A DNA stretch of 64,000 nt. It comes from Octopus bimaculoides. Taxonomy: Eukaryota. Both the position numbers and the translations under genes were made by a program. Position 1 is the first letter of the stretch; every line of letters begins with the position of its first letter. Location of the stretch: the NCBI RefSeq assembly GCF_001194135.2, contig NC_068994.1:20436234-20500233 (forward strand), given 5' to 3'. The notes under the pieces were generated by a model that saw nothing but the letters and a program-made list of their open reading frames with translations, did not search any database and was not told the DNA's origin. Of this stretch, positions 59,578 to 64,000 are shown piece after piece.

Positions 59578-62500
59578 TCATCATCATCATCATCATCATC
59601 ATTTAACATCCGCTTTCCATGCTAGCATGGGTTGGACGATTTGAGTGGGGACTGGCAAACCAGATGGCTACACCAGACTCTAATCTGATCTGGCATCCAA
59701 TGAAGGAAGGTTGGCATGGGTGCCAATCAACGAATTTGGTTTAATTTTCGATTTCAATTGCCTCAACAGGGCTTCACAAGCAGGGTTTTGTGTCCAAAGA
59801 AGGAAAGGTACGCGTAAGTGGGCTTGCTATACCCCTGGTAAAGGCCACAGATTTTGGTTTCACTTGTCTTGTCAGGTCTTTTCACGCACAGCATATTTCC
59901 AAAGGTGTCCATCGCAAGTCATTGCCACGGTGAGGCCTAATGTTCGGAGGTCGTGCTTCACCACCTCATCCCAGGTCTTCCTGGGTCTACCTCTTCCACA
60001 GATACCCTCAACCGCAAGGCTGCGGCACTTTTTCACTATCCTCATCCATTGTCACCAAATGACCATACCAGTGAAATCGTATCTCTTGCACACCACAACT
60101 GATGCTTCTAAGGTCCAACTTTTCTCTCAAGGTACTTAGTCTGTTGAGTATGCACACTGACATTACACATCCATCGGAGCATACTGGTTTCATTCCTTGC
60201 AAACTTATGTATGTCCTCAGCAGTCACGGCCCATGTTTCACTGCCATGTAGCATGGCTGTTTGTACACGTGCATCATACAGTCTGCCTTTTACCCTGAGC
60301 GAGAGGCCCTTTGTCGCCAGCAGAGGTAAGAGCTCTCTGAACTTTGCCCAGGCTATTCTTATTCTAACAGCTACACTTTCAGTGCACCCTCCCTCACTAC
60401 TGACTTGGTCACCTAGGTAACAGAAGCTATCAACTACTTCTAGTTTTTCCCTGGAATGTGGCAGAAGTTGTTCTTTACACATTTTCAGTGTTCATTGCTC
60501 CTGAGCGTCTACCACATACAAAAACTATCTTGCTAGTTAGCCTTCCTTTGATATTGCTGCACCTTTTATGTGTCCATAGCTTACACTTGGTACATCTTAT
60601 AGAGCTTCTACCTACACCTTTTCTACAGATCAAGCAGGGCCATCTACCTGAAGGGGTTTATGTTTTCTCTACCTTTCAACTTATTAGGACTTTGGTTTTA
60701 ACTAGGTTGACTCTAAGGCCCTTCGATTCTAATCCTTGCTTCCACACCTGAAACTTCTCCTCTAGTTCTGATAGTGACTCAGCAATTAGAGCAAGGTCTC
60801 AGCAATTAGAGCAAGGTCATCAGCATAGAGGAGCTCCCAGGGGCAACCTGTCTTGAATTCCTGTGTTATTGCCTGGAGGACTATGATAAATAGGAGGGGG
60901 CTGAGGACTGAACCTTGGTGAACCTCTACCCGGAATTCTTCACTGTACTCGTTGCCAACCCTCACCTTACTGACAGCGTCCCTGTACATGGCTTGCACAG
61001 CTCTCACTAACCATTCATCTATCCCTNNNNNNNNNNNNNNNNNNNNNNNNNNNNNNNNNNNNNNNNNNNNNNNNNNNNNNNNNNNNNNNNNNNNNNNNNN
61101 NNNNNNAGCCAGGTACAGAGGTTTATTTTTGGCTAGGTATTTCTCCTGCAGCTGTCTTACTAGAAATATAGCATCAGCGGTGCTTTTCCCTGGCACGGAT
61201 TCAAACTGCATCTCATCTAAGCTTACTCTCTCCCTAATTAGTTAGGCTATGACCCTCGCTATGACCTTTATTACCTGGTCCAACAACTTGATACCTCTGT
61301 AATTGTTTGTGTCTAAAGCGTCACCTTTACCTTTGTGGCAGTTGACTATGGTGCTGCTACACCAGTCATTGGGTATGACTCCTTCATGTATCACCTGGTT
61401 AACTATACAGGTGACTAGGCTATAGCCGACACTGTGATTCCTGATGGGTCAGGGGCTTTCCCTGTCTTCATACTCTTGATCGCTTTATCTACCAAGGTAT
61501 TGTCAATTACAATAGCTGGTCCCTCTGTTGGGTCGACATTCGGCAGACTCTCTTTCTCCCATTCATTCTCTTTATTAAGCAACCTTTCATAGTGGTGTCT
61601 CCAAACCTTTCTCTTTGCAGCCTCGTTTAGTGCAAGTGAGCCATCATCCATGTGGACACATTTCTCTCTTACGACATCACGATTCTCTCTCACACATTGT
61701 CTTGCAACACAAAATACTTCAAGTCTTTGGTCCTCACGGTGCAGATAATTGGCAAATGTTTTCCCCTCTGGCTAAATAAGCCTGTCTCCTAGCTTCCCTT
61801 CTGGCAGTCTGATACAATTCCCTGCTACCTCTGTTCTTCCAAGCCTGTTTCTTTTGTCTAATAGCCCTGTCAACCACATTGTTCCACCACCATGTTACTT
61901 TGGGTCGAGAGGGGACTTTGCACCATCCACAGATCTGCAGCAGGTTGTCCTGTAGAAACCTGCAATTGTCTTCCACATTATGTGATATTATATCCCCTTC
62001 TATTTCATCGAAGGCTTTGAGTAACACGTCTCTAAATCTCTGTCCATTTTCAGGATCTTTAAGCTTCCCGACCCTCCTACTTCTGGGCATCCATTTAGCC
62101 CTGATCCCGAAGTCGCTAACTACTAATCTGTGTTGAGGGGTACATTCTTCGCCTGGGAAGGTTTTGGCATTTATAAGCAGTCCTCTTCTCCTTTTTCTGG
62201 CGAGTGTGTCTGCTGGAACGGTAGGTGACAGGCAAGTTTCCTGAAGTTGGTATTGCAAACCATAAGATCATTTGCATCACAGAACTCCAGCAGTCTGGTT
62301 CCCTCCTCATTGCGGGAACCGAAGCCATAGCCTCCATGAATGCCATGGAAGCCCCCTGCATGTTGTCCAACATGTCCATTGAAATCACCAGCCACAAAGA
62401 GAAGGTCCCTGTCATTCATCAATGAGGTAGTCTGCAAAAGGGTGTCATAAAATTGGTCTTTCTGCCCATCAGGTAGCCCCGGTTGAGGGGCATAGGCCGA

Positions 62501-62860
62501 GATAACGGTAGCTAACCTGTGGTGAAGCACTAATCTAATCTTAAGTACTCTGTCACATACTCTGACTACCTCGATTTCCTTATCAACCCATTTCTCCGCA
62601 AAAAGTAAACTCCCGACCCCATCAGTGTTCCCTGCCCAGAAAATCTTGTATCTGTGTTCTTTGCCTGTGAGGAACCTAGCAGAACCTCCTCTCCACCTTA
62701 CTTCTTGGATGCAGCACAAATCTGCACGTCTCTGTTCAAGCATCTCAACAATCTCACAAGACCTACCTTTCAGTGTGCCAACTCTGAGGGTGTGGGGGTG
62801 TGGGCTGTGAGACCCTGGGATGAGGGACAGTAGTGTCATGTACCTGAAAAGAAAGCTTGC
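59578..62860 (-). mobile_element. near full-length RTE-clade LINE (APE endonuclease, RT, PHD-like finger), inactivated
   Basis: CCIQEVRW, GDFNGHVG, GKSTADAIF, HQGSVLSPLLF, LLYADDL, FCYLGD, then 3' UTR ending in (TGA)n; several frameshifts including a 20-bp tandem duplication at 60778-60817. Confidence 0.92.
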
Positions 62861-62939
62861 ATTTGGCAGAATTCATAAACAAACAATAGCCTACAACCTG
62901 CATACACTACACCATTTTTTTTATGCGCTATATGATCGA

Positions 62940-63236
62940 TAAACCCTGGGTTGGGGTGTGGATGGCATTAGGCCCTTAGAAGTGTTCACGGGAGACAACC
63001 AAAGATGACAGAGGATAGGAACTTCCGGTAAAGGTGGGAGGGCGGGCGTACTGCGAGCCAGCAAGTTTACTATGGTAGACAAATTTAGAGAGAATGAATT
63101 AAAGAAATAATAATCTTCATCAGCAATTATGATGAAATTCGAATCATAGCTATTCCAGTTCATTAGAGAAAATATAAAAGAAAAGTCTAATTCTTCAGTT
63201 CCGTGTGACACAGGCAACGCCGGGTTTCTCTGCTAG
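62940..63236 (+). mobile_element. Helitron-like 3' end
   Basis: GGCAACGCCGGG hairpin remnant followed by CTAG|T at 63233-63237; 5' limit unclear. Confidence 0.5.
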
Positions 63237-64000
63237 TATTTACTATAATCTTTATCATGTGGGTTCTTTAACAGTTCTTGAATCACTTTCAATGTCTTTG
63301 TTAAAACAAGTCCAAATGTAATGAGCCAATATAAATTATCTTGTAGAATTGGTGTTTGAGTGTGACAAACAATTGCATACATTGGAAGCATAATGACAGT
63401 GCCTTTCAGACACAAAATGACATTTGTGACTGGTAAAGACAGCATACCAAATATATCTAGCTGATGATGAAACTGGCACTTGCTGGAATGTCAAACAATG
63501 TGATGAATTTTGTAAGTTGGGAGAGCTCAGCTTTTCATTCTTGTGATTAGCTTGCAGTAGAAATAATGTGATTACATGATTTCATTTGTGGTGACATTAT
63601 TTAACCTCTTGAAATATCTGGTGTCAGTTGTATACCCTAGAAGATATAGCTGAGATGACAAATCTCTCTCGGCACACAGTACTCAGGTTCTGATTTCAAG
63701 GCATAAATTAGAGCAATGGTTCCCAATTTTTTTCAGGCTGCCACCCTTTTGGCACCCAGGCCACATTCCTAGTAACCTCCATCTTCATCACCACAATCAT
63801 AAACTACTTTATGCAGTAAATTCAAAGCAATCGTATTTCACAACTAAAACTTAACGTAATTAACCCATTATTTTGAAGATTGTAGTCAGAAGTGTATTTT
63901 GAGAAAAGATAGAATGGATGGTGGTGTGCACGAGAAGACAAGAGAAGTTGCTGAGAATAGGATCTAAGAAATGTGTGGTGTATGATGGGGGGGGGGGGAT

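Larger units (their letters stand above)
4490..61106. other. assembly gaps (N runs)
   Basis: 4490-4728, 8789-9237, 13269-13477, 14850-14858, 16550-17143, 18166-18710, 19826-20228, 38641-39019, 51581-52410, 61027-61106. Confidence 0.95.

Noticed and set aside
63233-63700. 70-aa ORF and adjacent coding-looking sequence
   Set aside because: No recognisable motif in any frame I read; the ORF ends in the Helitron terminus; probably decayed TE.
1-64000. CRISPR arrays, rRNA, operons or defence systems
   Set aside because: Eukaryotic intron-rich DNA; no regularly spaced direct repeats with unique spacers and no rRNA-like sequence seen.

Overview
AT-rich, repeat-dense animal genomic DNA with ten N-gaps. 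The SINE/LINE repertoire and very long introns point to an octopus (coleoid cephalopod) scaffold; this is an inference, not a database match. Three spliced housekeeping genes can be rebuilt by hand with GT-AG introns and matching phases: V-ATPase subunit e (ATP6V0E, minus, 4 exons, 85 aa), L-fucose mutarotase (FUOM/FucU, plus, 6 exons, 146 aa) and snRNP Sm-G (SNRPG, minus, 4 exons, 77 aa). None appears intact in the ORF track because the exons are tiny. The rest is mostly transposon-derived: RTE LINEs (one near full length, with a PHD-type finger), a CRE-like RLE retroelement, CR1 and Gypsy relics, mariner, maT and hAT relics, piggyBac and Tc1 MITEs, Helitron ends, tRNA-SINEs and Penelope-like fragments. 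I do not see a clearly new multi-gene system. The best leads are two minimal hammerhead-ribozyme motifs at the ATP6V0E 5' end (one with a rare G3-C8 core swap, on the pre-mRNA strand), CLEAR/M-box motifs at the V-ATPase gene, long intronic inverted repeats, and a possible unannotated plus-strand transcript diverging from SNRPG.
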